Source: Bdellovibrionota bacterium
GTDB taxonomy: Bacteria > Bdellovibrionota_C > UBA2361 > OMII01
Direction of reading: 5' to 3'
Length of the DNA stretch: 40,514 nt
Assembly: GCA_044356425.1 (NCBI GenBank)
Contig: JBIKWG010000001.1
Span: forward strand, 1 to 40,514
Shown here: positions 1 through 9,359 of the stretch, piece after piece
Numbering within the stretch: the first letter of the stretch is position 1
Layout of the letters: every line of letters begins with the position of its first letter
Program-made: the position numbers and the translations under genes
The notes under the pieces: model-generated
Database searches by the model: none
Told to the model about the DNA's origin: nothing
What the model saw: only the letters and a program-made list of their open reading frames with translations

Positions 1-35
1 GAAGAGTTTTGGGTTATATATAAGGAGAAGTAGCA

Positions 36-1127
36 ATGCTTACGTTTGATGATATGGACGCCGTAGGTTCAAGCGGATCTAACAACAGCGATAGCGACGG
101 TAACGAAGGTAAAGAGACGCGGGTTAAGGTCTCAGACAAGCGCATCATTAACTGCGCTGCTGTTGACGTTAATCAGCTAATGCCGCTGAAGTACAAGTGG
201 GCATGGGAGCACTACCTGAACGGGTGTGCCAATAACTGGTTGCCAAGCGAAGTTTCGATGGGCAAGGATATCGAGCTTTGGAAGTCGGATCGCTTAAGCG
301 CTGATGAGCGTCGCGTGATTCTGCGTAACCTCGGGTTCTTTAGCACCGCTGAGAGCCTCGTAGGAAACAACATTACGCTTGCGATCTTTAAGCACGTAAC
401 GAACCCCGAGTGCCGTCAGTATCTTTTGCGCCAAGCGTTTGAGGAAGCTGTTCATACTCACACATTCCACTACGTCGTAGAGTCGCTCTCGCTCGACCAG
501 GGTGAAGTGTTCAACATGTACAATGAGATCAACTCGATCCATGAGAAAGATAAGTTTGAGATGGAGTTGACGGCGGCAGTTCTCGATCCAAGCTTTAGCA
601 CAGCGACACCTGAGGGCGCGCAGAAGTTTCTTGAGAACTTGATTGGTTTCTACGTTATTATGGAAGGGCTCTTCTTCTACAGCGGATTTGTGATGATTTT
701 ATCATTCCACCGCCAGAACAAGATGACTGGAATTGGCGAGCAGTTCCAATACATCCTGCGCGATGAGACTATCCACCTGAACTTCGGTATCGACTTGATC
801 AACACCATCAAGGCTGAGAACCCAGGGCTCTGGACACCAGAGTTCCAGGAGCACATCTTGAATAAGATCAAGCAGGCTGTAGAGCTTGAGGTAAACTACG
901 CAAAGGATTGCTTGCCTCGTGGAATCCTCGGGCTCACTGCTCCGATGTTCCGTGATTACGTTCAGTTCATCGCTGACCGTCGTCTTGAGAGAATTGGTCT
1001 TAAGCCCCAGTATGGCTCGAAGAACCCATTCCCATGGATGAGTGAGACGATCGATCTCGGAAAAGAGAAAAACTTCTTCGAGACTCGCGTAACTGAATAC
1101 CAAACAGCTGGTTCGCTAAGCTGGTAA
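36..1127 (+). CDS. nrdB: Ribonucleotide reductase class Ia beta subunit (R2)
   Basis: 363-aa ORF with AAGGAG upstream of the ATG. Di-iron ligand blocks EEAVHTHTF and RDETIHLNF are typical of R2. A strong terminator follows. The N-terminal ~30 aa are low-complexity (S/N/D/G). Confidence 0.92.
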   Translation: MLTFDDMDAVGSSGSNNSDSDGNEGKETRVKVSDKRIINCAAVDVNQLMPLKYKWAWEHYLNGCANNWLPSEVSMGKDIELWKSDRLSADERRVILRNLGFFSTAESLVGNNITLAIFKHVTNPECRQYLLRQAFEEAVHTHTFHYVVESLSLDQGEVFNMYNEINSIHEKDKFEMELTAAVLDPSFSTATPEGAQKFLENLIGFYVIMEGLFFYSGFVMILSFHRQNKMTGIGEQFQYILRDETIHLNFGIDLINTIKAENPGLWTPEFQEHILNKIKQAVELEVNYAKDCLPRGILGLTAPMFRDYVQFIADRRLERIGLKPQYGSKNPFPWMSETIDLGKEKNFFETRVTEYQTAGSLSW

Positions 1128-1159
1128 GCTAGCGCACTCAGTGCGTTAGATAGAAGGAA

Positions 1160-1194
1160 CCCCTGCTAGAGATGAGTCTCTTGCAGGGGTTTTG
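1160..1194 (+). terminator. Rho-independent terminator of nrdB
   Basis: CCCCTGC-T-AGAGA [TGAG] TCTCT-T-GCAGGGG followed by TTTTG, about 30 nt after the nrdB stop. Confidence 0.85.
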
Positions 1195-1417
1195 TATTTG
1201 GAAACGGTGGGCGAACATCACCTTAGTTTAGCATCTCCGCTAAAGGTCATGGATGGATGCCAAATATGCAGCCCGCTCTTTTGATTCGACTGCGCTGAGC
1301 GTGGTAGCAAATCTGAAACACACGGTATAATCAGCTCTTTATCATGCTATGAGAGCCTTATCCTGAGCTATGCTTACATCTGTCGTTGACCACTTGCTGG
1401 AAAGCCTCTAAGCTAGA

Positions 1418-1480
1418 ATGATGTTGACGATATCTGTCTTAGACGTCTCCGCTTCTTTCTCTGCTTTCTGGTGGGCGTAA
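1418..1480 (+). promoter_or_regulatory. Putative trp leader peptide ORF (MMLTISVLDVSASFSAFWWA*) with tandem Trp codons
   Basis: 20-codon ORF about 230 nt upstream of trpG. TGG TGG lies two codons before TAA. The Trp codons sit in the 5' arm of hairpin GTGGGC[GTAA]GCCCCAC (1471-1487). I found no clear SD and no canonical terminator downstream. Confidence 0.45.
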
Positions 1481-1544
1481 GCCCCACTAAATAATCCTTT
1501 CCCTAACGAGTTCTTTTGGCGATTTTATTCTAACTCTACCGAGT

Positions 1545-1685
1545 ATGAGTTTTGACATGAGCACAGCTATCCCTGGACGGGCCGTAGCGGCGGATCTGAG
1601 TGTGTTGCAAGCAGAGTATCTGCGCTTAGGCAATAGTTATGCGTACGCACTGCTCATAGCGAGGCGGTTTGTGGTCACGGCGTGA
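1545..1685 (+). pseudogene. Possible remnant of the trpE 3' end (46-codon ORF)
   Basis: Translation MSFDMSTAIPGRAVAADLSVLQAEYLRLGNSYAYALLIARRFVVTA. The stretch TAIPGRAVAAD-LSVLQAEY-LRLGN-SYAYALL resembles the TrpE C-terminal block (QAGAGIVADSxPxxEYxExxNKAxALL, from memory) with two 1-residue indels. It ends 22 nt before trpG, where trpE normally sits. Confidence 0.3.
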
Positions 1686-1706
1686 GCTGCTCCAAGGGAA
1701 AGTCAG

Positions 1707-2288
1707 ATGAAAGTCCTGGTAATTGATAACTATGATTCGTTTACCTACAATCTCGTCCACATGCTTGAGGCGTGCAATGGGACACATGTAACGGTGAAAC
1801 GTAATAATCAGCTCACCTTTGCAGATGTTGATGGCTTTTCACATGTTGTGCTCTCGCCTGGGCCGGGCATTCCTTCAGAAGCTGGTCTCATGCCAGAGAT
1901 AGTTCGTGAATTTGCACCGCGCAAAAATATTCTCGGAGTTTGTTTGGGACATCAGTGCATCGGTGAAGTCTTCGGTGCGAAACTACATAATCTTGCGAGT
2001 CCCATACACGGGAAAGCCCGTGACATTGAGATACTCGACGATTCGCAGCCGCTCTTTAAGGGGCTTCCTAAGCGAGTCAGCGTTGGACGGTATCACTCTT
2101 GGGTTGTGGCAAAAGACAGCATTCCCGAGAGCCTTGTTGTGACGGCGGTTGATGATGCCCAGGAAGTCATGGCGCTGAGGCATCGCCAGTATGCTGTTCA
2201 GGGAGTTCAATTTCACCCCGAGTCGATCCTCACTGAAATGGGGAAACAGATGCTTGAAAACTGGATCGTGCATGAAAGAGCTGCTTGA
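1707..2288 (+). CDS. trpG: Anthranilate synthase component II / glutamine amidotransferase (TrpG/PabA type)
   Basis: 193 aa. MKVLVIDNYDSFTYNLV N-terminus, catalytic GVCLGHQ, and FHPES near the C-terminus. AAGGGA lies 7 nt upstream of the ATG. Confidence 0.92.
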   Translation: MKVLVIDNYDSFTYNLVHMLEACNGTHVTVKRNNQLTFADVDGFSHVVLSPGPGIPSEAGLMPEIVREFAPRKNILGVCLGHQCIGEVFGAKLHNLASPIHGKARDIEILDDSQPLFKGLPKRVSVGRYHSWVVAKDSIPESLVVTAVDDAQEVMALRHRQYAVQGVQFHPESILTEMGKQMLENWIVHERAA

Positions 2289-3258
2289 AAAGTTGGTGCT
2301 ACGCCACCCATTATCGGTGATTGAGAGCGCACAAATGATGCGGACGCTTCTAACTGAGCAGGTCGATGACTCGCTTGTTGCCGCAGTGCTCGTAGCTCTT
2401 CACATGAAGGGGATAGCGCTCGATGAGCTCGATGGGTTTTCTTCGGCAATTCTAGAACTCTGCGCGCCACTTGATCTTAGGGGTTATCACCTGATGGACG
2501 TATGCGGCACTGGTGGAGATGGCAAAAGTAGCTTTAATGTCTCGACGACCGTGGCGTTTGTGTTGGCAGGCGCTGGATATCACGTGGCAAAGCACGGAAA
2601 CTATGCGGTGTCGTCTTCTTGCGGCTCGTCAAACGTGCTTGAGGAGTTGGGGGTGCGGTTCGCTAGCGATAGTGAGTCGGCTCGGCACGCGTTAGAGCGC
2701 TCAGGTGTGTGCTTCTTACATGCGCCGTTATTTCATCCAGTGCTCAAGCGAGTTGCCCCCGTTCGAAAAAGTCTCGGTATTCGCACAGTATTTAACGTTG
2801 TAGGGCCGCTGGTTAACCCAGCACGGCCCGAATTTCAGCTTTCAGGCGTATACAATCTAGAGCTTCTCAAGCTGTATTCATCCCTGCTCAGGCGCCGAGG
2901 TCAACGTTTTGCTATTGCTCACAGCCTTGATGGATACGATGAGGTGTCATTGACTGGAACTACTCGCATTGCAGCTCTTGATGGGGAGCTCGATATCTCT
3001 GCAAGTGATTTTGGTCATGATCCAATAGATCCGCAGGAGCTTGTCGCCGGAGTCACGGTAAAAGATTCTGCAGATATTGTGCGCCGGATTCTCAATGGTA
3101 CAGGAACCGCTGCGCAGGAGTTAATAGTAGTGGCAAATGCAGCGGTTGCGATGTGGAAGTTTGAGGGTAAGGGCACCTTGCGCGAGTATGCTGATCGATC
3201 TGTCGAATCTATTCGTTCTGGAAAAGCAGCGTTGGCACTTCATCAGAGTATTAAATAG
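2272..3258 (+). CDS. trpD: Anthranilate phosphoribosyltransferase
   Basis: VCGTGGDG motif and KHGN block. I chose the ATG at 2272 (MKELLEKLV...) over the ORF-track start at 2191 because the upstream 27 aa are not TrpD-like. It overlaps the trpG stop by 17 nt. Confidence 0.9.
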   Translation: MKELLEKLVLRHPLSVIESAQMMRTLLTEQVDDSLVAAVLVALHMKGIALDELDGFSSAILELCAPLDLRGYHLMDVCGTGGDGKSSFNVSTTVAFVLAGAGYHVAKHGNYAVSSSCGSSNVLEELGVRFASDSESARHALERSGVCFLHAPLFHPVLKRVAPVRKSLGIRTVFNVVGPLVNPARPEFQLSGVYNLELLKLYSSLLRRRGQRFAIAHSLDGYDEVSLTGTTRIAALDGELDISASDFGHDPIDPQELVAGVTVKDSADIVRRILNGTGTAAQELIVVANAAVAMWKFEGKGTLREYADRSVESIRSGKAALALHQSIK

Positions 3259-3268
3259 GGATTGTACT

Positions 3269-4054
3269 ATGAACACGATTTTACAAGAGATACTCGACCA
3301 CAAACGGCGGGAAGTGCACGAAGCTCAAGAGCTCTATCCAATAAAGCTGCTTGAGAGCAGCATCTATTTTGCGTCTCCTACGGTCTCGTTGAAGAAATAC
3401 CTCAACCGCGATGACTTGCGGGGAGTTATCGCTGAAATTAAGCGAAAATCTCCATCCAAGGGGATGCTTAATGAGCATATTTCAGTTGAGAAGCTGGCGC
3501 TCGGCTATATGCAGGCCGGAGCATCTGCTCTTTCAATTCTTACAGATCAAAGGTTCTTCGGTGGAACGAGCAAAGATCTTACAACGGCGCGCCGGCTAAA
3601 TTACTGTCCGATTCTGCGGAAGGATTTCATTGTCGACGAATATCAGATTATAGAGGCGAAATCGATCGGGGCGGATGTGGTCTTGCTGATAGCGGCTGCG
3701 CTTACACCACAAGAGACAAAGAGCCTTACAGGCCTTGCTCATTCTCTTGGTCTTGAGGTGCTACTAGAGGTTCATACTGAGGAAGAGATTGATACTCATC
3801 TGACGGCAGAAGTCGATCTTGTTGGGGTAAATAATCGTGACCTTGCAACATTTGCGGTAGCGATTGAAACCTCGCAGCGGCTTGCGGAAAGAATTCCAGA
3901 GTCGATGACCAAGATAAGTGAGAGCGGAATATCTTCGCCTGAAGCCGTTCGTCGTCTGCGTGAGTACGGGTATAAGGGCTTCCTAATAGGAGAGGCGTTC
4001 ATGCAAACTGCATCTCCAGACGCGGCATGCCGGGCGTTTGTTGAGGCACTATAG
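3269..4054 (+). CDS. trpC: Indole-3-glycerol phosphate synthase
   Basis: MNTILQEILDHKRREV N-terminus, IAEIKRKSPSKG, and NNRDL blocks. I chose the ATG at 3269, 10 nt after the trpD stop. Confidence 0.92.
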   Translation: MNTILQEILDHKRREVHEAQELYPIKLLESSIYFASPTVSLKKYLNRDDLRGVIAEIKRKSPSKGMLNEHISVEKLALGYMQAGASALSILTDQRFFGGTSKDLTTARRLNYCPILRKDFIVDEYQIIEAKSIGADVVLLIAAALTPQETKSLTGLAHSLGLEVLLEVHTEEEIDTHLTAEVDLVGVNNRDLATFAVAIETSQRLAERIPESMTKISESGISSPEAVRRLREYGYKGFLIGEAFMQTASPDAACRAFVEAL

Positions 4055-4056
4055 AT

Positions 4057-4692
4057 ATGACAGGGGCCTTGGTGAAAATCTGTGGGATGCGGGACGGCCT
4101 CAATGTCACAGAGGTGTGCGCAGAAGGCCCCGATTTCCTCGGGTTTGTCTTTGTTTCAGGGTCTCCACGGTGCGCGGCAGGTCTTGTAAGTCGCGATACG
4201 ATGGCTGGTGTGCCGCAGCACATTAAAAAAATTGGAGTTTTCAGGGATGAGGAGCTTCCGGTCGTGCTGGATTGTATTGCTGAGCTTGGACTAGATGGTG
4301 TGCAGCTTCACGGGGGTGAGGATGCAAGCTATGCGCTCAATATAAAAAAACATAGTCCTGGTGCCTTTATCCTTAAGGCTGTTGAGGTGGCTACCGGTAG
4401 TAACATTCATTCACTCACGACCATGCACGGAATTGATATGTTTCTTCTTGATAGTGGTGCAGGCGGGACAGGAGTATCCTTTGATTGGAGCTTGTTGCAG
4501 AACTACCGGTCTTCGGTGCCGTTTCTGCTGGCAGGGGGTCTTTCCGAAAAACACATAGAAGCGGCGTTAGAGCTGATGGCAACTGTGCCTCAGTGCCGGG
4601 GGATCGATGTTAACTCAAAGGTAGAGATATCGCCGGGAGTAAAGAATATCGAGCTGGTGCGACAGATAATCAGAAGGGTGAGAGGGGTATGA
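4057..4692 (+). CDS. trpF: Phosphoribosylanthranilate isomerase
   Basis: 211 aa. VKICGM N-terminus and [10 protein letters not shown] block. It starts 2 nt after the trpC stop. Confidence 0.88.
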   Translation: MTGALVKICGMRDGLNVTEVCAEGPDFLGFVFVSGSPRCAAGLVSRDTMAGVPQHIKKIGVFRDEELPVVLDCIAELGLDGVQLHGGEDASYALNIKKHSPGAFILKAVEVATGSNIHSLTTMHGIDMFLLDSGAGGTGVSFDWSLLQNYRSSVPFLLAGGLSEKHIEAALELMATVPQCRGIDVNSKVEISPGVKNIELVRQIIRRVRGV

Positions 4693-5888
4693 AGTTAGAG
4701 CCGACAGATCGTGGTTTTTTCGGAGAATTTGGCGGAGCTTACGTGCCCGAAATGCTGTATCCGAACGTGACGGAACTTGCTGCACAGTATCGAGAGATTA
4801 TTGAAACTGAGGGCTTTCGGCGAGAGCTTGATGATTTACTCACTACCTATGCCGGTCGTCCGACGCCGCTCGGTTACGCTAGGCGTCTCTCTGAGCGCTG
4901 TGGCTGCGAGGTGTTTCTAAAGCGAGAAGATCTCTTACATACCGGCTCTCACAAGATAAATAATACTCTGGGACAAATTCTGCTGGCGCAGAGGCTGGGA
5001 CGAAAGCGAATTATTGCAGAGACAGGGGCGGGTCAACACGGTGTAGCTACTGCTACCGTATGCGCCCTGATGGGTATCCCCTGCGTTGTCTATATGGGCG
5101 AAGTAGACATGGCGCGTCAGGCGCTTAATGTAGCGCGAATGCGCCTGCTTGGGGCGCAGGTTCGTGCTGTAGTAAGCGGAAGTCGTACCCTCAAAGATGC
5201 AACAAACGAGGCGATGCGCGATTGGATCGCTCATCCGTATGACACGCACTACATCATTGGTTCGGTTGTCGGTCCTCATCCATTTCCAGACATGGTTGCG
5301 CGGTTTCAGTCTGTCATAAGCCGCGAAGTAAAGGCACAGTGTCTAGCTCTTGGCGACAGAAAACCTACTAAGGTAATCGCCTGTGTAGGGGGCGGCAGCA
5401 ATGCAATGGGTGGGTTCTATCACTTTATTGAGGATACTGATGTCGAGCTGATCGGTGTTGAGGCAGCGGGCTGCGGTATCGCCTCTGGCCGATCGGCTGC
5501 TACGACCGCACTTGGTCGTTCGGGCATCTTACACGGAAGTCGAACACTTTTTATGCAAACAGAGGACGGACAGGTTGACGAGGCGCACTCGATATCGGCT
5601 GGTCTTGATTATCCAGGAATTGGGCCGCAGCACGCTCATCTGCACACGCTCGGCAGAGTGCGTTATGTGAATGTAACGGATGAAGAGTCGTTAACAGGCG
5701 CTAAGATATTGGCGCGGCTGGAGGGCATTATTCCGGCGCTCGAGAGTGCGCACGCAGTTGCGTACCTTTCGAAACTTGCCTGCTCAAAAGATGACCGCGT
5801 TGTGGTTATTGTTTCTGGGCGTGGTGACAAGGACATGACAACCTATCTAGAGCGTTTTGGAGAAGGGATAAGCGATGACGTTAGATAG
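4689..5888 (+). CDS. trpB: Tryptophan synthase beta chain
   Basis: 399 aa. PLP-lysine block HTGSHKINN and [12 protein letters not shown] overlap with trpF. Confidence 0.95.
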   Translation: MKLEPTDRGFFGEFGGAYVPEMLYPNVTELAAQYREIIETEGFRRELDDLLTTYAGRPTPLGYARRLSERCGCEVFLKREDLLHTGSHKINNTLGQILLAQRLGRKRIIAETGAGQHGVATATVCALMGIPCVVYMGEVDMARQALNVARMRLLGAQVRAVVSGSRTLKDATNEAMRDWIAHPYDTHYIIGSVVGPHPFPDMVARFQSVISREVKAQCLALGDRKPTKVIACVGGGSNAMGGFYHFIEDTDVELIGVEAAGCGIASGRSAATTALGRSGILHGSRTLFMQTEDGQVDEAHSISAGLDYPGIGPQHAHLHTLGRVRYVNVTDEESLTGAKILARLEGIIPALESAHAVAYLSKLACSKDDRVVVIVSGRGDKDMTTYLERFGEGISDDVR

Positions 5889-6675
5889 ATTTTCTGCGTT
5901 GCCTCAGAAAAAGATAGTTTCAATATTTTGCACCGCTGGTTTTCCACGTCGTGATGACACACGGGCAGTGCTAATAAGCCTTGAAAATGCAGGTGCTTCG
6001 ATGATCGAGGTTGGCTTTCCGTTCTCAGATCCGGTGGCGGACGGGCCAACCATACAGGCTGCAAACGTGCGATCGTTGTCGCAGGGAATGAACTCACATC
6101 TGCTCTTTTCGCAGCTGCGAGGAATGCGCGAAGAGATCGCTATCCCAGTGCTGCTGATGGGATATCTTAATCCAGTAGAGCAGTATGGCGCAGAAGCTTT
6201 TTTTGCAGCGGCAGCAGAGTGTGGAGTTGATGGCCTTATTCTTCCCGATATGCCCTTTGAGGACTATCTTGAGCGCTACAAGATTTTGTATCAGAGATAT
6301 TCACTTCGACCAGTGTTTTTTGTGACCTCGCGAACCTCTGAGGCGCGCATTCGGGCCTTTGATCAGGAGGCGCCTGCGTTTTTATATGTGCTATCGTCAG
6401 ACGCCATTACTGGAGGAAGGGCAACGGTATCGGTAGAGCGCGAGGCTTTTTTCAAGAAACTGGCAGAGATGGGGCTTTCAAGTAGGCTCGTTGTTGGATT
6501 CGGAGTGCAAGATCGAACCAGCTATGAGGGCGTTACACGCCACACGGCAGGCGCAATTGTTGGAAGTGCCTTTGTTCGTGCCCTTGAAAACCTGAAGGTC
6601 GGAGATAGTCCGCATCATTCCGATATGCGGCAATTGGATTCGGTTATTAACGATTTCGTAGCGGAGTTTCTATGA
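5875..6675 (+). CDS. trpA: Tryptophan synthase alpha chain
   Basis: 266 aa. [15 protein letters not shown] block. Overlaps trpB by 14 nt. Confidence 0.93.
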   Translation: MTLDRFSALPQKKIVSIFCTAGFPRRDDTRAVLISLENAGASMIEVGFPFSDPVADGPTIQAANVRSLSQGMNSHLLFSQLRGMREEIAIPVLLMGYLNPVEQYGAEAFFAAAAECGVDGLILPDMPFEDYLERYKILYQRYSLRPVFFVTSRTSEARIRAFDQEAPAFLYVLSSDAITGGRATVSVEREAFFKKLAEMGLSSRLVVGFGVQDRTSYEGVTRHTAGAIVGSAFVRALENLKVGDSPHHSDMRQLDSVINDFVAEFL

Positions 6676-7694
6676 TAGTGAGCCTTGCACCAGACGCAAC
6701 TAGCGCTGAAGTAGAAGCCGTACGATCGGTGCTAGCTTCGGTTTCTTTTGTGCCTACCGAGGTAAAGACCCAGACGGGTCGCTATCTTGTCGCTATTGGC
6801 TCAAAGGAGGTTGATATCCGACGCATCGGTTGTTTAGCTGGAGTGCGCGATGTGCATCGAGTGCACGATGCCTTCAAGCTGGTATCCCGCACATGGAAGG
6901 TACACCCAACGGCCATTGACCTGGGCGATGGTGTCGTCATTAGAGAGGGCATTCATACAATTATGGCCGGCCCGTGCTCAATCGAAAGCGAAAGTCAGGT
7001 AGAGAGTACCGTAAAGTTCTTGGTTGAGCAGGGTGTGCGCGTTATGCGAGGCGGTGTATTTAAGCCGCGAAGCTCGCCGTACACATTTAGAGGGCTCGGG
7101 CTGGAGGGCCTTAAAGTGTTTGCTGGGGTAGCGCATGCTCACGGAGTAAAGATAGTCACAGAGGTGCTAGACGTTTCGCAAATCGAATCGATGTATGAGT
7201 ACGTCGACATGTTTCAGGTGGGGGCCCGAAATTCACAGAACTTTACTCTCCTTGATGCACTGGGAAAGCAAGATAAACCTGTTTTGTTAAAGCGTGGGAT
7301 CTCAGGAACTCTCGAAGAGCTATTGCAGTCGGCGGAGTACATATTTTCGCAAGGAAATGAGCGTATTCTATTGTGTGAGCGCGGTATTAGGTCATTTGAA
7401 AAGTCATATCGCAATACGCTCGATCTCAATGCGGTGCCTTACCTCAAAGAGAAGTCTCATCTTCCAGTGATTGTTGACCCATCTCATGGCATCGGTGTGC
7501 GTCGATTTGTTGGAGCTATGGCCCTTGCGGGAGTTGCTGCTGGTGCTGACGGTACCATTGTGGAAATACATGAGAAGCCTGAGTGTGCTATGTCAGACGC
7601 GGCGCAGACGCTTAATTACCTTGAGGCTTCGGAGCTTTTTGGAAGGATAGCAAAGGTCGCAGAGATTATCAGCGCAATGCGCTCAGCGGCCTGA
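6672..7694 (+). CDS. aroF: 3-deoxy-7-phosphoheptulonate (DAHP) synthase, type I-beta, with an N-terminal ferredoxin-like/ACT-like domain
   Basis: 340 aa. KPRSSPYTFRGLG and DPSHG blocks of the DAHPS/KDO8PS I-beta family. About 85 extra N-terminal aa. ATGA overlap with trpA. Confidence 0.88.
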   Translation: MIVSLAPDATSAEVEAVRSVLASVSFVPTEVKTQTGRYLVAIGSKEVDIRRIGCLAGVRDVHRVHDAFKLVSRTWKVHPTAIDLGDGVVIREGIHTIMAGPCSIESESQVESTVKFLVEQGVRVMRGGVFKPRSSPYTFRGLGLEGLKVFAGVAHAHGVKIVTEVLDVSQIESMYEYVDMFQVGARNSQNFTLLDALGKQDKPVLLKRGISGTLEELLQSAEYIFSQGNERILLCERGIRSFEKSYRNTLDLNAVPYLKEKSHLPVIVDPSHGIGVRRFVGAMALAGVAAGADGTIVEIHEKPECAMSDAAQTLNYLEASELFGRIAKVAEIISAMRSAA

Positions 7695-7798
7695 TTTAGG
7701 TTGCGTCCACTTGCAACCTCCTGTGGCGATATTGTGATGAGGGGGCGCCCAAGCTCACGCCCCGCTCACAGGATAGATAGGTGAGACTTTAGTTGCTC

Positions 7799-8227
7799 TC
7801 AACCATGCCGCGCGTGGTAATCTGATAAAAGGTACGCCCAGGGAATTATGGCCAGCACGAGGTAGAGCACCACCAGCACAACGATTACTGGGCGAATCCA
7901 GCGTCTTCGATGGGCAAACAGGGTCAGAAAAATAACGAATCCGATCGCTACTAATTTAACAAAAAAGAGGGCAGGCGCTGCCCCGTATACTATAGCGAGG
8001 TCTCGCAGCAGAGCATTGCCCTCCATCTCAACCCCAAAAATCGAGAGGCCCCAGAAAGTGAGAAGGCCGTCGAGCAGCTGAAGTATCACCAAGGCTATGC
8101 CGAGGCCAGCAGCTTTCGATGAAAGGCTCGCTTTTCCTACTTTGAGCAATACCGTCGGATTTCGCACTCGCCGGCCATTCAAAGTTATATGCTCAGTGGT
8201 GCCCTTCTCGACTCGAAAACGAACCAT
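7799..8227 (-). CDS. Small integral membrane protein (DUF5658-like)
   Basis: 142 aa with 3-4 hydrophobic helices. The LLDGLLTFWG...EMEGNALL pattern recalls DUF5658. It lies 10 nt downstream of the PPIase gene on the same strand. Confidence 0.55.
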   Translation of the reverse strand: MVRFRVEKGTTEHITLNGRRVRNPTVLLKVGKASLSSKAAGLGIALVILQLLDGLLTFWGLSIFGVEMEGNALLRDLAIVYGAAPALFFVKLVAIGFVIFLTLFAHRRRWIRPVIVVLVVLYLVLAIIPWAYLLSDYHARHG

Positions 8228-8237
8228 AAGGTATTCT

Positions 8238-9236
8238 CTAGTTTGTTTGTGAATTAACCAGAGGCTTTAAGGTGGCGTCTAGATAGGCGATTGATGCATC
8301 CTTACGAAGTTGACTGAGCTTTTCACCGACGAGCTTCTCGTGAGCTTGGGCCATAACTGCATGCCGGATGTTTTCTTTGATCGACTCAAATGGTGGAGTA
8401 GCGGCTTGGGTGTGCTCTTCCACTTTGATGATATGGTAACCGTAAGCAGTCTTTACTGGCCTGCTGATCCCACCAGCTGGCAGTGCAAATGACGCCTGCT
8501 CAAACTCTGGAACCATCATACCCTTCTGAAAACGCCCCAAGTCGCCCCCTTGTGCTTTTGTTGTTTCATCTTCAGATGTTTTTGCGGCGAGCTTCGAAAA
8601 GTCACCGTCCTTGACTGTGGCTTGCGTGTAAATGTGCTCCGCTTTCTTAAGAGCGGCCGCTGCTTCAGATTCAGATGCGCCTGGCGCAAGACGCACAAGG
8701 ATGTGTCGCGCGCTCACCATTTCGGGAATCGCATAGCGCTCTGGGTGGGCACTAAATTCTTTTTGAAGTGTTGCATCGTCTGGGGATGGCCCCTGTAAGA
8801 GCTCTGTTGTGATATACTTTTCGATGGTAACTCGTTCGCTCATCCCTTTGATGAAGAGCTCCCAGGAGGCTCCGTAGCTTGCAAGAACGGGCTCAATCTG
8901 GGTGCGACCGCCCTGCTGGGCTATTAAGGTATCAAGGTCTTTCTTAATCTCGTCTTCTTTGATCGCCGGTGAGCGTTTTGCCGCACTTAGCAGAAGCTCG
9001 CGGTCTATCATGGATGACACTACGGCGGCCTTGAGTTTTTGAACTGTTGCAGGATCTTCCTGAATTGATTCAAGGGTTGCTTTTAGGTCTGGCCGACTAA
9101 GCTCATCTGTCAGCTCCTGCTCGGTAATCGTCTGATCATTTACGGTTGCGATTGCTTTTGAGGCTTGGTCGGCATAGGCGCATGCTGTCATACTTGCGAT
9201 GAGGGCTGCAAAAAGTGAGGAGATTCGGCGATTCAT
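8238..9236 (-). CDS. Parvulin-type peptidyl-prolyl isomerase (SurA/PrsA/PpiD-like), exported
   Basis: 332 aa. N-terminal signal sequence MNRRISSLFAALIASMTACAYA. Rotamase block GGDLGRFQKGMMVPEFE...YGYHIIKVEE. Confidence 0.85.
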   Translation of the reverse strand: MNRRISSLFAALIASMTACAYADQASKAIATVNDQTITEQELTDELSRPDLKATLESIQEDPATVQKLKAAVVSSMIDRELLLSAAKRSPAIKEDEIKKDLDTLIAQQGGRTQIEPVLASYGASWELFIKGMSERVTIEKYITTELLQGPSPDDATLQKEFSAHPERYAIPEMVSARHILVRLAPGASESEAAAALKKAEHIYTQATVKDGDFSKLAAKTSEDETTKAQGGDLGRFQKGMMVPEFEQASFALPAGGISRPVKTAYGYHIIKVEEHTQAATPPFESIKENIRHAVMAQAHEKLVGEKLSQLRKDASIAYLDATLKPLVNSQTN

Positions 9237-9359
9237 AACAGTACCTGGAAGAAAAAGTAACGTGAAAATATGGTAAAGCTTTATCTGAGAACAGAGTAGT
9301 TTCCAAGGCGTGAGTAATCAAGGTTAAATCAGTCAGGTCGTGGGGTAGTAGGTGAGTAT

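Noticed and set aside
1660-1690. T-box-like string GTGGTCACGGCG just upstream of trpG, with a UGGA at 1573-1576 as a possible Trp specifier
   Set aside because: It only loosely resembles the T-box consensus GGUGGUACCGCG. I could not identify Stem I features (K-turn, AG bulge, distal loop) or a terminator/antiterminator pair.
2191-2271. Long N-terminal extensions given in the ORF track for trpD (2191), trpC (3137), the SDR (9923), KAS III-like 1 (14454), the TPR protein (25377), PBP1A (32842) and cyclophilin (36158)
   Set aside because: The extended residues are not family-like and overlap the upstream gene or promoter region. Internal ATG codons with better context give canonical N-termini.
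7698-7763. Hairpins AGGTTGC[8]GCAACCT (7698-7719) and GGGGCG[10]CGCCCC (7742-7763) as intrinsic terminators between aroF and the convergent membrane-protein gene. Similarly the 11-bp interrupted stem at 24121-24158 after metH
   Set aside because: The stems are real, but none is followed by a U-tract on either strand. I do not list them as terminators, although they may still function.
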